Both the position numbers and the translations under genes were made by a program. Positions 1-13,782 of a DNA stretch of 64,000 nucleotides are shown here, piece by piece. The DNA is from Octopus bimaculoides (Eukaryota): assembly GCF_001194135.2 (NCBI RefSeq), contig NC_068983.1, positions 59,919,773 to 59,983,772 of the forward strand. The letters are read 5' to 3'. Within the stretch, counting starts at the first letter, position 1; each line of letters starts with the position of its first letter. The notes beneath the pieces were generated by a model. The model worked only from the letters and a program-made list of their open reading frames with translations, had not been told where the DNA came from and searched no databases.

Positions 1-21
1 TATATATATATCCTCATCATT

Positions 22-56
<35 letters not shown>

Positions 57-535
57 TTAACGTCCGCTTTCCATACTGGCATGGGTTGGACGGTTTGACT
101 GGGACTGGTGAGCAAGACGGCTGCACCAGGCTCCAATCTGATCTGGCAGAGCTTCTACAGCTGGATGCCCATCCTAACACCAACCACTCCAAGAGTGTAG
201 TGGGTGCTTTTATGTGCCACCGGCACGAGGGCCAGTCAGGCNNNNNNNNNNGAGTGTAGTGGGTGCTTTTATGTGCCACCGGCACGAGGGCCAGTCAGGC
301 GGTACTGGCAACGGCCATGCTTGAATGGTGTTTTTTACATGCCACCTGCACAGGAGCCAGTCCAGCAGCACTGGTAATAACCTCGCTCGAATGTTGGTTT
401 TCATGTGCCACTGGCACAAGTGTCAGTAAGGCGACACTGGTAACGATCACGTTTGAATGGTATTTTTTATGTGCCACCAGCACAGGAGCCAGTCAGTGGC
501 CCTGGCAACGATCACACTCAGATGGTGCTCTTAAC
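57..535 (-). mobile_element. SINE family B copy (RTE-like tail ending in GAT repeats)
   Basis: Reverse complement of the recurrent element ...gagtggttggcgttaggaagggcatccagctgtag...ccatgccagcatggaaagcggacgttaaa(tga)n. Other copies at about 7200-7430(-), 15655-15860(-), 18913-19200(+), 21920-22200(-), 30150-30357(+), 47975-48120(+), 54118-54348(+). Boundaries approximate. Confidence 0.85.
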
Positions 536-553
536 ATTCCTATATATATGTGC

Positions 554-586
<33 letters not shown>

Positions 587-1386
587 GTTCAGAGTAGTTC
601 AGATACAGACCCACTGTCCTACCCCTTGGGCAAGTATCTTCTGTTATAGAATCAGACTAACCAAAGTCTTATGAATGAATTAGGCTGTAAAAAAAAAAAG
701 CTGAAAGAAGTTTGTCCTGCATGTGTGTATGTGCGTGTATGCACGTTTATGGTTATATTTGTGTGTCTCTCAAAATATTATAAGCTACAAGCAGTGATGT
801 TGCTGTCATTTCTCCAGGCAATAAATCATCCCCTTTTGTGCCATTAAACATGTGTGAAATGAAATTCTTTACTTGGAAAACAAGTAAGGGTGTCCAACTT
901 CAAAACAGTGTCTCAATAGCAAGTACCCATCCAACCCATGCTAGCATGGAAAAAAAAATAAAACAGACGTAAAAATGACTGAATAAATGAATATGGAATA
1001 AAAATGTTACTTCAGCTTTATGCATGCAAAGTTTATTTTGTCTGTTTTTGATTTATTCTTTTATCTCTGAAGCTAATATCTAAAAATGTTGATGTTTGAT
1101 ATTAAAACATTAAGATATGCCACTAAAAATAACTGAAATACTAGAATGAACAGACTCTTAATTTTCCATGTCTCGGTAAAAATGTCATCAAAGTCAAAAA
1201 TAGTTCATTCATTTGTAAGATTTGTTTTGAAATTCCAACTGTAAGAAGCTTATTTCAAACTTACATTTAAGAAGGATAATAATCAGTTAAAATGCAGTAA
1301 AATTTATTTGAAAATTTTGCTTTCATATNNNNNNNNNNNNNNNNNNNNNNNNNNNNNNNNNNNNNNNNNNNNNNNNNNNNNNNNNN

Positions 1387-1423
<37 letters not shown>

Positions 1424-1595
1424 CTTTCTCTCTCCCTCCATGTTAGTATGTATGATTCTAAAGTGAAAATAACTTTTTAAGCTTATAAAAAGATTTTTAT
1501 TTTTTTTAATGCTGCTGAAAGTTTAGTTCATTCAGCATGTATATAAAAATGACCAGCAAAAGACAGATATACTGTACAGCCACTGGAATTACAGG

Positions 1596-1637
<42 letters not shown>

Positions 1638-2189
1638 TAGCAAAAAGAGGCTCTTACTTGTTGTGTACACTATTACAAGTGTCACCCCAACAAACATCCA
1701 TGCACACCCACTTGTCTCTCCAACAGCTAAGATAGAATATTTCAGATGAATGCAATGATGGTGTAGATCAAGAAATTAAATATTAATTATGACATGATAT
1801 CAAATGTTAAATATAGTCAGGGTACTATATTTACACCTGGTACACTCTGTAAAGTGTCTGCTGAACAAGCAGAGACAATGTAAGGTTGAAAGGTTCCTTA
1901 GTGTTTCTCAGGACAACCTCCCTTGTGCTTGTGCTGTGATAAAATTAATCCAGTACACTCTGTGAAGTGGTTTTGGACAGTATGGGCATCAACCATAGAA
2001 ATCAAACCAAAAATGACATATACAGACAAGATTTGGCCCTCCAACCCATCTAGATATGTGATAACTTTGAATAAAAACTGACTAGTACTGCAGTAGACAT
2101 AAAATGATGACAATAGTGCTGGTGCCTCTGCCACTGTTGTCACCTTATTTTAAACATCTAAGTTTGATCATGCAAAATATAAATAGACA

Positions 2190-2597
2190 GGCGCAGGAGT
2201 AGCTGTGTGGTAAGTAGCTTGCTTGCCAACCACATGGTTCCGGGTTCATTCCCACTGTGTGGCACCTTGGGCTAGTGTCTTCTACTATAGCCTCGGGCCG
2301 ACCAAAGCCTTGTGAGTGGATTTGGTAGACGGAAACTGAAAGAAGCCCGTCGTATATATGTATATATATGTATGTGTGTGTATATGTTTGTGTGTCTGTG
2401 TTTGTTCCCCCAACATCGCTTGACAACTGATGGTGGTGTGTTTACGTCCCCGTAACTTAGCGGTTCAGCAAAAGAAACCGATAGAATAAGTACTAGGCAT
2501 CCAAAGAATAAGTCCTGGGGTCGATTTGCTCAACTAAAGGCGGTGCTCCAGCATGCCCGCAGTCAAATGACTGAAACAAGTAAAAGAGTAAAAGAGA
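2190..2597 (+). mobile_element. SINE family A, full-length (tRNA-derived head, internal microsatellite)
   Basis: Head ggcgcaggagtagctgtgtggtaag (A-box-like) ... gggttcattccc (B-box-like); central (TA/TG)n; tail gtcaaatgactgaaacaagtaaaaga. Many other full or partial copies, e.g. 9425-9790, 12666-13280, 36742-37320, 55305-55665(-). Confidence 0.9.
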
Positions 2598-5149
2598 CAG
2601 TAAAAACTAAACATGATTGAAATTTTGTACAAATTTTTTTCTGGTAAGATTTTAAAGATATTAAGTAAAAAACCTCCAACTTAAACATTAGCTTTATTTG
2701 CCTTGCTTTCAAAACAAAACTTTTTAAGACAGTGCTGAACAAGCAGAGACAATGTAAGGTTGAAAGGTTTAAGAAACTCTTTCCAAAAATATGTTGCTAT
2801 TATTTCAATACAAGACCAATAATCAAAAAGTATTATTGATGATACAATGTCAGACAAATTGAAGGATTTTTGAAATGGCAAGCATTATTCAGCATATTTA
2901 AGTCTCTCCTTTGACACAATCCAATAGAAATTAGAAAGAATAACGTCCATTATTGAAGAATTATTTCTCCCTGGAAGCACTTCCATATTTTTGGTTTCAA
3001 TGCCACTCTATTTATATATCTGACAATATGTGCACTTACACATAGCTCGTTTCTTTTCATTCCTTTTATCTAACTATCTATCTGTCTTTATATTTCATCT
3101 TTATATTTCTTTAAATATTTCAATACATTGGAAGGTAAATGAAATAATAGTTCTCTAAGGTCTGCAGATCTTTTAAATTCACCTTTCTCAATTATATATA
3201 ATTCTGTTGCTAAGATTGTATTGGTTTTTACATTTGACTATTGTGATGGTGAATACTTAGTGCAATTTTCCATTCATTGTTGATTTTTATGTAGGTGTGT
3301 GTCTATGTGTGTATGTGTCTTTGAGAATATATGTGCAGAACTTGCATTAGGTGAAACACAATCTGTATTAGAGCATACAAAAACAAGAATCTCTTGTGTA
3401 CACTAAGTTTAGAACATTATTTAGAATCATCCACATTGCAATATAAATTTGTCAAAAGCAAGCAATGGAAATCTCCATTAAAAATCAAACATTAATGACC
3501 TTCACGCCTCACTCACTCACCCTCAGTGACCAAAGCAATTGATCCCACAGCATGGCAACCAGAATTATGTCCCTTAATGTTACATTTGTTTTCTTGACAC
3601 AAACTGTCACATTATAAGTACCAGTTTTATATTATAACAGTTGAACTGGGGCAAATAATAATCTTGTTGCTCTGGCTCAAATACTCAACAAGGGGTTGTA
3701 AACTGAAACCATCTCCGACAGTAATGAGTGTGGCATAAATATTTACTCAGAGGTTAGTGCTTGTTTTAGTTTATGAGAATATAAAACTAATCCAATAAAA
3801 TTCTCATATGTATGGACACACTTGCATTTGCAGATATACATGTATATGTTTACTAATTACATGTATATCTACACAGACCCATTCACATACATAATCATTC
3901 ACTCTCAAATATGCTGTGTTTAATATTTACTTCCTCCCTTTCTATCTTCCTCTCTTCTTCCTTCTCTCTCTCTCCAGCATGGTAAGATTTGTTCACTAAC
4001 TTAATAACAAGGCTCCTTCCAATAAACTAGACAACAATTACATTGAGTTGACAGATTAGAACTGCTGTATGCAAATCAAATGATTCCTTTCCTTCCATGC
4101 TTCTGAAATTCAACTTTCCAAGATTGGTCTTCAGGAAATTTTATGCTCCACTTAATATAATTACACATGTGAATCTATTATCTGGGCATACAATGTTTAC
4201 GTTATTGAGCATATAGAATTTTGTGTGTTTGTATCCAACAAATGGCAGAATGAGATTGGATTATGCTGACTTTGGATTGAAATATTCGATATTAACATGA
4301 TAGGTGTAGGCATGTCTGTAAGATTAAGAAGTTTGCTTCCCAACTACATGGTTCTGGGTTCAGCCCCACTATATAACACCACCTTGGACAAGTATCCTCT
4401 ACAATAATCCTGGACCAACCAAAGCTTTGTAAATCATCATCATCATTGTTGTCCTCATCACTACTACCACCCCCACCACCACCATCATCATCATCATCAT
4501 TTAACATCCAGACAAGTCAAAACAGTTTGTGAAGCACTGCTTTATAGTAACATGTGAATAATATATTCTGAATACTTGTCAAACTTATTTTGCACATTCT
4601 GTTATGTTGTACTTTGTGGAAACACAGCATGGCAGTTAGGTAACGTTTGTACCCATCTTACCATCCAGTCTCTTCAGGGAATTGAATGATGTCCACAGAA
4701 AATATAAGCAGGATATACTTTGTTCTGGAAGCCACGAGAGGAGGTCACATGTATTTATGGAAGTAAGAAGAAGTTATCTAATATATCTTTACTCCTTTAC
4801 TGGTTTCAGTCATTCGACTATGGCCATATTGGAGCACCATCTTCACGTTTTTAGTTAAGCACATTAGCTCTACTACTTCTTTTATGTTGGTACTTTTATC
4901 TAATTATCAAATATTTAAGTCTGAAGAATGAAGGTGGCAGCAATGGGAGAATACTAAGGTATGTAAAAAATGTATGAGAGTAAATAGAGGGAGGGAGAGG
5001 GAAGGAGAGGTTGGTTGTGAAAGGCATTAGTAGGTAGTGGTAAGTGGTTTTGGTTGATGCGGGGGGGGGGGAATTCAAGGAAGGTGGGTTGGTGGTGGAG
5101 AGAGAATACTGAGGTATCTAGAGATGCATGAAAGTAAATAGAGGGAGGT

Positions 5150-5460
5150 GGATAATTTACAAATGTGATGATTTGCATCGTAGGGGGTGCCACCACAAAT
5201 TATAGACCAGGACAAGATTTGAGGTTTGCCCTGGGTCTTGAAGCAGTGTTTGTTTAGAAGCCTTATTTGAGAAGGAGCTCAGATATTCAAGGTAGTATTG
5301 CTTGAAGTTGATTGTGCCTGCAATGTAGACCCTAGCCTGATGGGAAGATGGGGTTGTGCCTGTACATTTATACGTTATGTTATAGTACAAGCAATTGTTA
5401 TTCAAAGGACAATTTTGTGGAACTCAATAATTACAGGTTTTCTTAACCAGTACATGGGGG
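5150..5460 (-). mobile_element. Penelope-like element GIY-YIG endonuclease fragment, decayed
   Basis: Minus strand reads KTCNY*VPQNCPLNNNCLYYNITYKCTGTTPSSHQARVYIAGTINFKQYYLEYLSSFSNK, then after a frameshift SWSIICGGTPYDANHHICKL. This matches the CNC...CPLxGxCL...IY...YIG...FKxRY...H.SSF...WSI...PY...C pattern of PLE endonucleases. Confidence 0.75.
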
Positions 5461-6518
5461 CTTCTATATATCCTATCATGGTCCATACTATAATTTACCA
5501 TATAGGTAGAAACAGGGCTATTAGCATCACTACTATTGAGGCAGAAGGGATTTGCATATTCAGGGTAAAGTTGGCCTTGTGATTATGAGTACAATGCCCT
5601 AACCACTAACACATGCACCTCCACATATCGTGACACTCCGTCAGTTATGACGATGAGGGTTCCAGTTGATCTGATCAATGGAACAGCCTGCTCGTGAAAT
5701 TAACATGCAAGTGGCTGAGCACTCCACAGACACATGTACTCAGGGAGACTCAGCGTGACACAGAGTGTGACAAGGCTGGCTCTTTGAAATACAGGTACAG
5801 CAGAAACAGGAAGAAAGAGTAAGAGAAAGTTGTGGTGAAAGAGTACAGTAGGGCTTGCCACCACCCCCTGCCGGAGCCTCATGGAGCTTTAGGTGATTTT
5901 GCTCAATAGATACTCACAACGCCTGGTCTGGGAATTGAAACTGCTATCCTACGACCATGAGTCTGCTGCCCTAACCACTGGGCCATTGCACCTTCACACT
6001 TCCACACATATATACCACAAAGGGCACAGGGAAACTGAGGGAAGCATTAAAATCTGCAGCCAAACCCCATATTCCAAATATCTTCCACAAAGCTAGGTGC
6101 TGGAATACACAGCGATCTTTTCATTTTACCATGAAAGGTGCATAGGTATTTAGGCATTTCAGCCAATCCTCCGTTTGGAGATTTTTTTCATTGTTGTCAT
6201 GGTAAAGATCCAATATAAACACAAAGTGAACCACAATGTAAATGTTGTCAATCAAGTGAAGAGCTTTGTGTGTGTGTGGGTGGGTGGGTGTTTGAGAAAT
6301 AATCAATTTTGCTCTTTCTCTTACACTACCTCCGTGTGGGTGTGTGTGTGTGGTGTGTGTGTACAAACATCCAAATATGTGCACACACTCACATTCAGTG
6401 AGTGAGATAGAGAGAAATGAATACAAAAAGAGATTGAAATAGCTATTTGTGAGCATGTATATATACATGCATACATATATGTGTATGTGTATATATGTGT
6501 GTGTGTATATATATATAT

Positions 6519-6560
<42 letters not shown>

Positions 6561-6578
6561 ACTTATATTACATATATG

Positions 6579-6659
<81 letters not shown>

Positions 6660-7460
6660 TATATATTATACATGTGTATGTGTGTGTATTTGTTATTTCA
6701 TATTATATGAGTAGTGTGTATTTACACACACACACATTTGACAGTGTATGTTTATATATATATGCTCTAGGGAATACTATTTACATTAGCATACACCAAC
6801 TGGCTACTGGCAATGTATGTATGTATGTATGTATATGTGTATTTGTGTGTGTCCATGTGTGTAATTAAGAATACTAACTCCAAACTACAAAGGCAACTAT
6901 TGGTTTAACACCCCCATCACCAACACCACCTCCATACATGTTTATCTCTTCTCATGAATATGCAGCAGAGACTGTGGCATTTGGTTTTTTTGTACAAAGT
7001 ACAAATGAACTGTTTAATTATTTAAAGCATTTCTGTTGATTTCCCTTTTGCATGTTTTCCAATGCCATGGTTGCCACACCCTCCTAATTTGTGCAACCAC
7101 TTTCGATATTACAACTTTGGAAAAATTACATGGCAGAGAAATTCACACTCTTGTAGACCACTCAAGTTAGCTCAATACATCATTGTCATAATCATCATTT
7201 AATGTCTGTTTTCCAGGTTGGCATTAGTTGGAGAGTTTGACAGGAGCTGGCAAGGCCAGGACCTGCACCAGGTCTCATTGTCTGTTTTGGCATGGCTTCT
7301 ATGGCTTGATGCCGTTCCTAATGCCAACCACTCCACAGAGTGTACTGAGTGATTTTTCTGTGACACCAGCACCAGTGCTTTTTGTATAGCATCATCACCA
7401 ATGTTTTTTTATGTGGCACCATTACTCTAATCTTCCAGCTACTGCACCATATGTCTAAGC

Positions 7461-8019
7461 CAGCATTTCTCAACCGGGGTTCTCTGGAATCCTAGGGTTC
7501 CACAAAAGATTCCTAGGGATTCTGCAAGAAAGAATTAGATAAGCTAATGTTAATTTCATGATTGTAATATTACTATACATGCACACCATATTATTGGTTA
7601 TTGTAATATTGTAACATAGACATCATCCTATCTAACCTATTATGTTATCAAAAAATATAACAACCATTGGGGATACATTTAGTGATGCCTGTAATTTATG
7701 GACACCCTATATANNNNNNNNNNNNNNNNNNNNNNNNNNNNNNNNNNNNNNNNNNNNNNNNNNNNNNNNNNNNNNNNNNNNNNNNNNNNNNNNNNNNNNN
7801 NNNNNNNNNNNNNNNNNNNNNNNNNNNNNNNNNNNNNNNNNNNNNNNNNNNNNNNNNNNNNNNNNNNNNNNNNNNNNNNNNNNNNNNNNNNNNNNNNNNN
7901 NNNNNNNNNNNNNNNNNNNNNNNNNNNNNNNNNNNNNNNNNNNNNNNNATACACATACACACACACACATATATATATATATATACCCATATATATACAT
8001 ACACATATACATACATACA

Positions 8020-8066
<47 letters not shown>

Positions 8067-8165
8067 GATATTTACCACGTGAACTACAATGAAAAAATAT
8101 GGGAAAGATATGGTATATAGTTTATTTTAAGACTTACGCAAGGATAAAAAGGTTGAGAAACACTG
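7461..8165. mobile_element. hAT (Charlie-like) MITE with TIRs and perfect 8-bp TSD
   Basis: Left TIR CAGCATTTCTCAACC (7461-7475); right end GGTTGAGAAACACTG (8151-8165), 13/15 match; GTCTAAGC on both sides (7453-7460, 8166-8173). Interior includes an N gap and microsatellites. Confidence 0.88.
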
Positions 8166-10040
8166 GTCTAAGCTCACAGTCTGTGTTTATATTCACCATT
8201 AATACAGCAAAGGAAACCCATAGAAGTTGGCAGGGAGTTAACAGATCTGGAGCCAGTACCCTAATAAAACATCATGGCCATTCTCTTTTTTTTTTTTTTA
8301 AGTGAAAGTCTTCAATCTTTTAATTACTAGATTTCCATTGATATACACTACTTTCATCAGCACTACCATTATCACCATTTAACATCCACTCTCTAGTATG
8401 GGATCACCCAAGGCTGTTGTAAAAGATGCTGACTCAGAGATCCATGCAGTGGAACTAAACCCAAAATAATGTTATGAAGTAAACTTCTTAACTACATGGC
8501 ATGCCTACACCTATGTTATATTTTTGCACAGCTAAGCACTTTTATTAAAAATTCTTAGACTGAGAGCAAAAGAATAAAAGGCCCTAATTTTAAGCTTGGC
8601 TACACTTATGACAATGTTTAGAAGAGTTATGGGATATATTTGAACATCAGTTAAATAATTTCAACTCTTGAAGTCAAAAGTAATTATATGTCAATAAGGA
8701 AAGAAGAAAGAATGAGAAAAAAAATGTTGAGTCCATCAGCTAGCTATTTAGCAAGCTGCATGCTCACCGGAGGTGAGGTGAGTGGCAGAAGTTTCTTGAT
8801 GTAGAAGTAATAGAAGCAGAGTTGATAATGTAATTTGTGGGAGAAGCTAAAGAAGAGAGACCAAAGTGACTACATTAGAAAGTAGTTAATTAAAGCAACT
8901 ATTAAAAGAACACCCGACATTATTCCTATCATTGTAAATCTTCATTGAAATCAAATAATTGCCCATTAAATGACACTATGTGTTTAATTACTCATAAAGA
9001 TTCAATGAAGAATCATCAGAATTATTCTGCTCTAATTCTTTCTTAATGGTTTCTGACCATTTATTTTCAAGTTAAAGCTGTACTAGTTTCACCTCATCAG
9101 GAAAGTATATGTTGTAGTGTTTACAATAAGATTTGGTTTCTTCTTATTCTAGCTGGTCAAGCAACTCTGTAGAGGTGCTCTCTTTCACTCATTTAATAAG
9201 GAGAGGTACACTGGATATATTAATGTCATAAATGAGTCAGGATGGTCATGGCTAGATATTGGGCAAATGAGCAAATTAAATAAACAGTTAAATATGCATC
9301 AAGTTTGAAACAAATTCAAATATGACAACCCAATCATATTCTAATACAGACAATAAAAACATTGAAAAGTACTCCAAAACAACAAACATCATAAAGAAAG
9401 AAAAAGGAAACTGAAACATATAAGGTATAGGTGTGGCTTGGTGATAAGAAGCTTGCTTCCAAACCACATGGCTCTGGGTTCAGTCCCACTGCATGGCACC
9501 TTAAGCAAATGTCTTCTACAATAGCCTCAGGCTGAGTAGAGCCTTGTGAGTGGATTTCGTAGAAGGAAACTGAAAAAGCCCATTGTGTGTGTGTGTAAGT
9601 GTGTCTGTGTTTGTGTGTCTTTATGTCTGTGTTTGTCTCCCCCACCACCTATCAACCAGTGTTGGTGTGTTTACATCCCCCATAATGATAAAAAAATAAG
9701 TACCAGACTTAAAAAAGAAAACATTTGTACTGAGGTTGATTCATTTGACTAAAAATATTTTGAGGCTGTGCCCCAGTCTAGTGATTGTAACAAGAAAAAG
9801 AAAAAAGATAGAGAGGGGAAAACGAGAGAGAGAGAGAGAGTCAGACAAACAGTGAAAGGAAGATAAAAATTCATGCTTTTGCTATGGTACATATTCATCT
9901 AAAAATGTGACATTTATTACAAAAGAGCTCCATAAAAATTTCAAAGAAACTAAATTGCTTAGCACTGTGGCAATGTATACATGTAAAGCTGAACAAAAGC
10001 TGAAAAACAGTGAATATATAACATAGAGCTGTTATACATG

Positions 10041-10108
<68 letters not shown>

Positions 10109-10608
10109 TATATCTACATAAACTTTAATCTGGGTCATATCCAGATATGTTTCCCTATATCAGATCATCAGACTTCATGAATCTGTCTTACAAAAGGCAG
10201 AAATGTGCNNNNNNNNNNNNNNNNNNNNNNNNNNNNNNNNNNNNNNNNNNNNNNNNNNNNNNNNNNNNNNNNNNNNNNNNNNNNNNNNNNNNNNNNNNNN
10301 NNNNNNNNNNNNNNNNNNNNNNNNNNNNNNNNNNNNNNNNNNNNNNNNNNNNNNNNNNNNNNNNNNNNNNNNNNNNNNNNNNNNNNNNNNNNNNNNNNNN
10401 NNNNNNNNNNNNNNNNNNNNNNNNNNNNNNNNNNNNNNNNNNNNNNNNNNNNNNNNNNNNNNNNNNNNNNNNNNNNNNNNNNNNNNNNNNNNNNNNNNNN
10501 NNNNNNNNNNNNNNNNNNNNNNNNNNNNNNNNNNNNNNNNNNNNNNNNNNNNNNNNNNNNNNNNNNNNNNNNNNNNNNNNNNNNNNNNNNNNNNNNNNNN
10601 NNNNNNNN

Positions 10609-10669
<61 letters not shown>

Positions 10670-10854
10670 TCTCTCTCCCTCCCTCTCTCAAAGATTTAAA
10701 TTTCCTGCTTCCTTTCTCCTCTCATTTTCTCCCAAATTTCAGTATTTCAATATCTTTCCTCCCTTTATGATTATAATTTTCAAATAGATTCCTAACTTTT
10801 GAAATATTTTACCTCCTCTCTCTGTCTGTATCTGTATCTATCTATTTCTTTATC

Positions 10855-10905
<51 letters not shown>

Positions 10906-11473
10906 TTATCTATCTATCTATGTCTGGGTTACAGCTCTTTAACTAGCTATCTATCTACCCATCTATCTTACTGCACTCCTATCAATCTATATATCTCTAT
11001 TTCTGGTTTTCTTTTCTTAAAGGCTCTCAAATCTTTCTTTTCATTTGTTGTATAATTTTCAAAGGAAAGAAAAAAATAGTGTAAAAGACATTTCTTCACT
11101 TAGATGATGGGAAATTACTATTCTGAATACTATTATGTTTTTTCCATATTAATTTACCAAAGTATGTTCTCTAATATAACATCATAATATAAAGTACTTT
11201 TAGATGTTTCTATTATCTTTTTAAAATATCAATACACCATTCTCAAAAGTCTTAAAAGAATTTTTCAATAAAAAAAATCATGTTCTTTTGACACCATTTT
11301 CCTGTAACCTATAGAAAAACACTGAAGATTTCTCTATTTACTGCTTCAAAGAACAAAAAGGTTTAGGGTTAGAAATAATGAAACTTCAACAGTTCCTCCC
11401 AGCATTATGTTGATGAGTACGTAGTGTTGGTACTTGTCAGTATACGTCGAATATGTGTGTGTGTGTGTGTATT

Positions 11474-11553
<80 letters not shown>

Positions 11554-12823
11554 GAGACATATATATATATATACACACACACATATATATGTATATATAT
11601 ATATATGCATGCATGGGTATATGTTGATGTATGTGTGTATGCATATATGTATGCTTGTATATATATATTTATATATGTGTGTTTATGCATGTGGATAACT
11701 ACATACACACATATATGTGTGTATGCAGATATATATATATGTGTGGAAGACTGACATTAAATGATGATGAGGTGGATGATGATGATATATACATACATAT
11801 ATACCATCATAATTTTGTTCATGTATATATATATATATATATAATATATACATACATGAACAAAATTATTATGGTGCATCTATGTGTCCTGTACAGTCAG
11901 CATTAAATGCAATATTCTTTATTTGAAAGGTTCAATAATAGCTTTTGGAGATGTAGAAAGCTATGTTCCAAAATGGTAATAACAGGTCTCTTTTTCTTTT
12001 TTTTCTTTTTTTTTTTTTGGTGGGGAAATATATTTATCAACAACTATATACATGAACATGTGTACACATGTACACGACTTATATGTGTATATCATCATTT
12101 CTATCATCATCATCATCACCACCACCACCATTTAACATCCATGTTCCATGCTGCCATGGGTTGGATGGTTTTACAGGATTGGATGCATCCAAGGACTGCA
12201 TTGTACTCTGGTGTCTGCTTTTGCATAGGTTTTATACCTCTATACCCTTCCTAACACCAACCATTTTACAACATGTACTGGGTGATTTTTTTGTGCTGCT
12301 GACACTGATGAAGACTACAATCCCCCAAGGTTTGGAGTAGCTTTATGTTAGGAGTTCGGGTGGGGTTAAAGTATGAGAGAGAGAATCAGAGCAGAACAGG
12401 TTTCTTGCTGTAGACGAGATACATAATTACTCACATTTTAGAAAAGAGGGTGGGAGTAACTGGGGTGGAGGTGGAAATAGATAAAAAATAGTGGTGATGA
12501 GGTATCTGGGTGGACTCTCAAGTAGGAGCAGGGACAGAGGCAATTCAAGTGTGTGAGGGTTGAAATTTCCAGAGTACATGGGAGAGTGAGAGATGGGGAC
12601 TGGGAGAGGGGTGGGGAAACAGACAAAGCCTGCTCCATGTTATCTAACCCTTGTATTCCTAAAAACAGGTGTGACTGTGTTGTAAGAAGCTTGCTTCTCA
12701 ACCACATGGTTGGCCAGGTTCAGTCCCACTGTGTGGCATCTTGGGTAAGTGTCTTCTACTACAGCCTCAGGACAACCTGAGACTTGCAAGTGAATTTGGT
12801 TGATGGAAACTGAAAGAAGACTC

Positions 12824-12855
<32 letters not shown>

Positions 12856-13596
12856 ACGTGTGTGTGTGTGTGTGCACGTGTGTGTGTGTGCACATGTGTG
12901 TGTGTACATGCACATATGTGTGTGTGTGCACATGTGTGTGTGTGCATGTATGTGTGTGCACATGTGTGTGTGCACGTGTGTGTGTGCATGTGTGTGTGTG
13001 CACGTGTGTGTGTGTGCACATGTGTGTGTGTGCACCTGTGTGTGTGCACGTGTGTGTGTGCATACATGCTTGCATGTCTTTGTGTCTGTGTTTCTATCCT
13101 GTCATAACCAGTGTTGGTGTGTTTACATCCCCATAACTTAGCAGTTTGGCAAACGAGAACATTAGAATAAGTAACAGGATTCAAAAACAAAGCACTGGAG
13201 CTGATTCATTCGACCAAAAGTTCTTCAAGGTGATGCTCCAGCATTGCCATAGTCTAATGATTGAAACGAGTAAAAGATAAATTATGAGATTCTGTAACAT
13301 GAGACTTATTTTCCATTAACCTCCATGTTAATGAGAAATGTCCACAAGAAATGTTTTCTATGATCATTCAGTAAGGTGGGTTGAACCAAATTATTTCTTC
13401 TCTGATTTATGAAATTTTGTAATGTATTTTCCTTTTTATACAATTTTTATGCCAAACTCATGTTTTTATAATGTATCATTATAATAAGGTACTGGTATAT
13501 GTGTGTGTGCATGGGTGTAGGTGTGAGTGTATGTATATGTATATCTATCTATCTCTTTGTCTATATACATGTATGTACAAATATATATGTATGTAG

Positions 13597-13648
<52 letters not shown>

Positions 13649-13782
13649 ACACATATTTCTATCTATATACATCACAACTCCAGCTGGTTGTGCAATGCAC
13701 TCCAGGTTGCATATATAGAAAAATAAGTGACACACTGTCACTGAGCTTGCAACAAGCTAGTTTTTTCTCATATGTATATATA

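Noticed and set aside
192-301. 50-bp direct duplication on either side of a 10-N gap (same pattern at about 27635-27705)
   Set aside because: Typical unmerged contig overlap at a scaffold gap; assembly artefact, not biology.
2190-2290. tRNA genes
   Set aside because: A-box and B-box-like motifs belong to SINE heads and run into SINE bodies; I could not build a complete cloverleaf.
6449-6868. Long ORFs such as poly-YI, poly-VC, poly-HT, poly-RE/SL and X-filled ORFs throughout the track
   Set aside because: Translations of TA, TG, CA and GA microsatellites or N gaps; no splice or homology support.
9085-9102. Minus-strand CUGAUGA-GGU-GAAA
   Set aside because: Only 3 nt between core motifs, so no stem II; no stem III or cleavage triplet follows.
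11930-11975. Phase-compatible candidate upstream exon (GSIIAFGDVESYVPKW, ending TG|gtaata)
   Set aside because: Lacks the conserved DxRxR before W and has a weak acceptor; likely chance.
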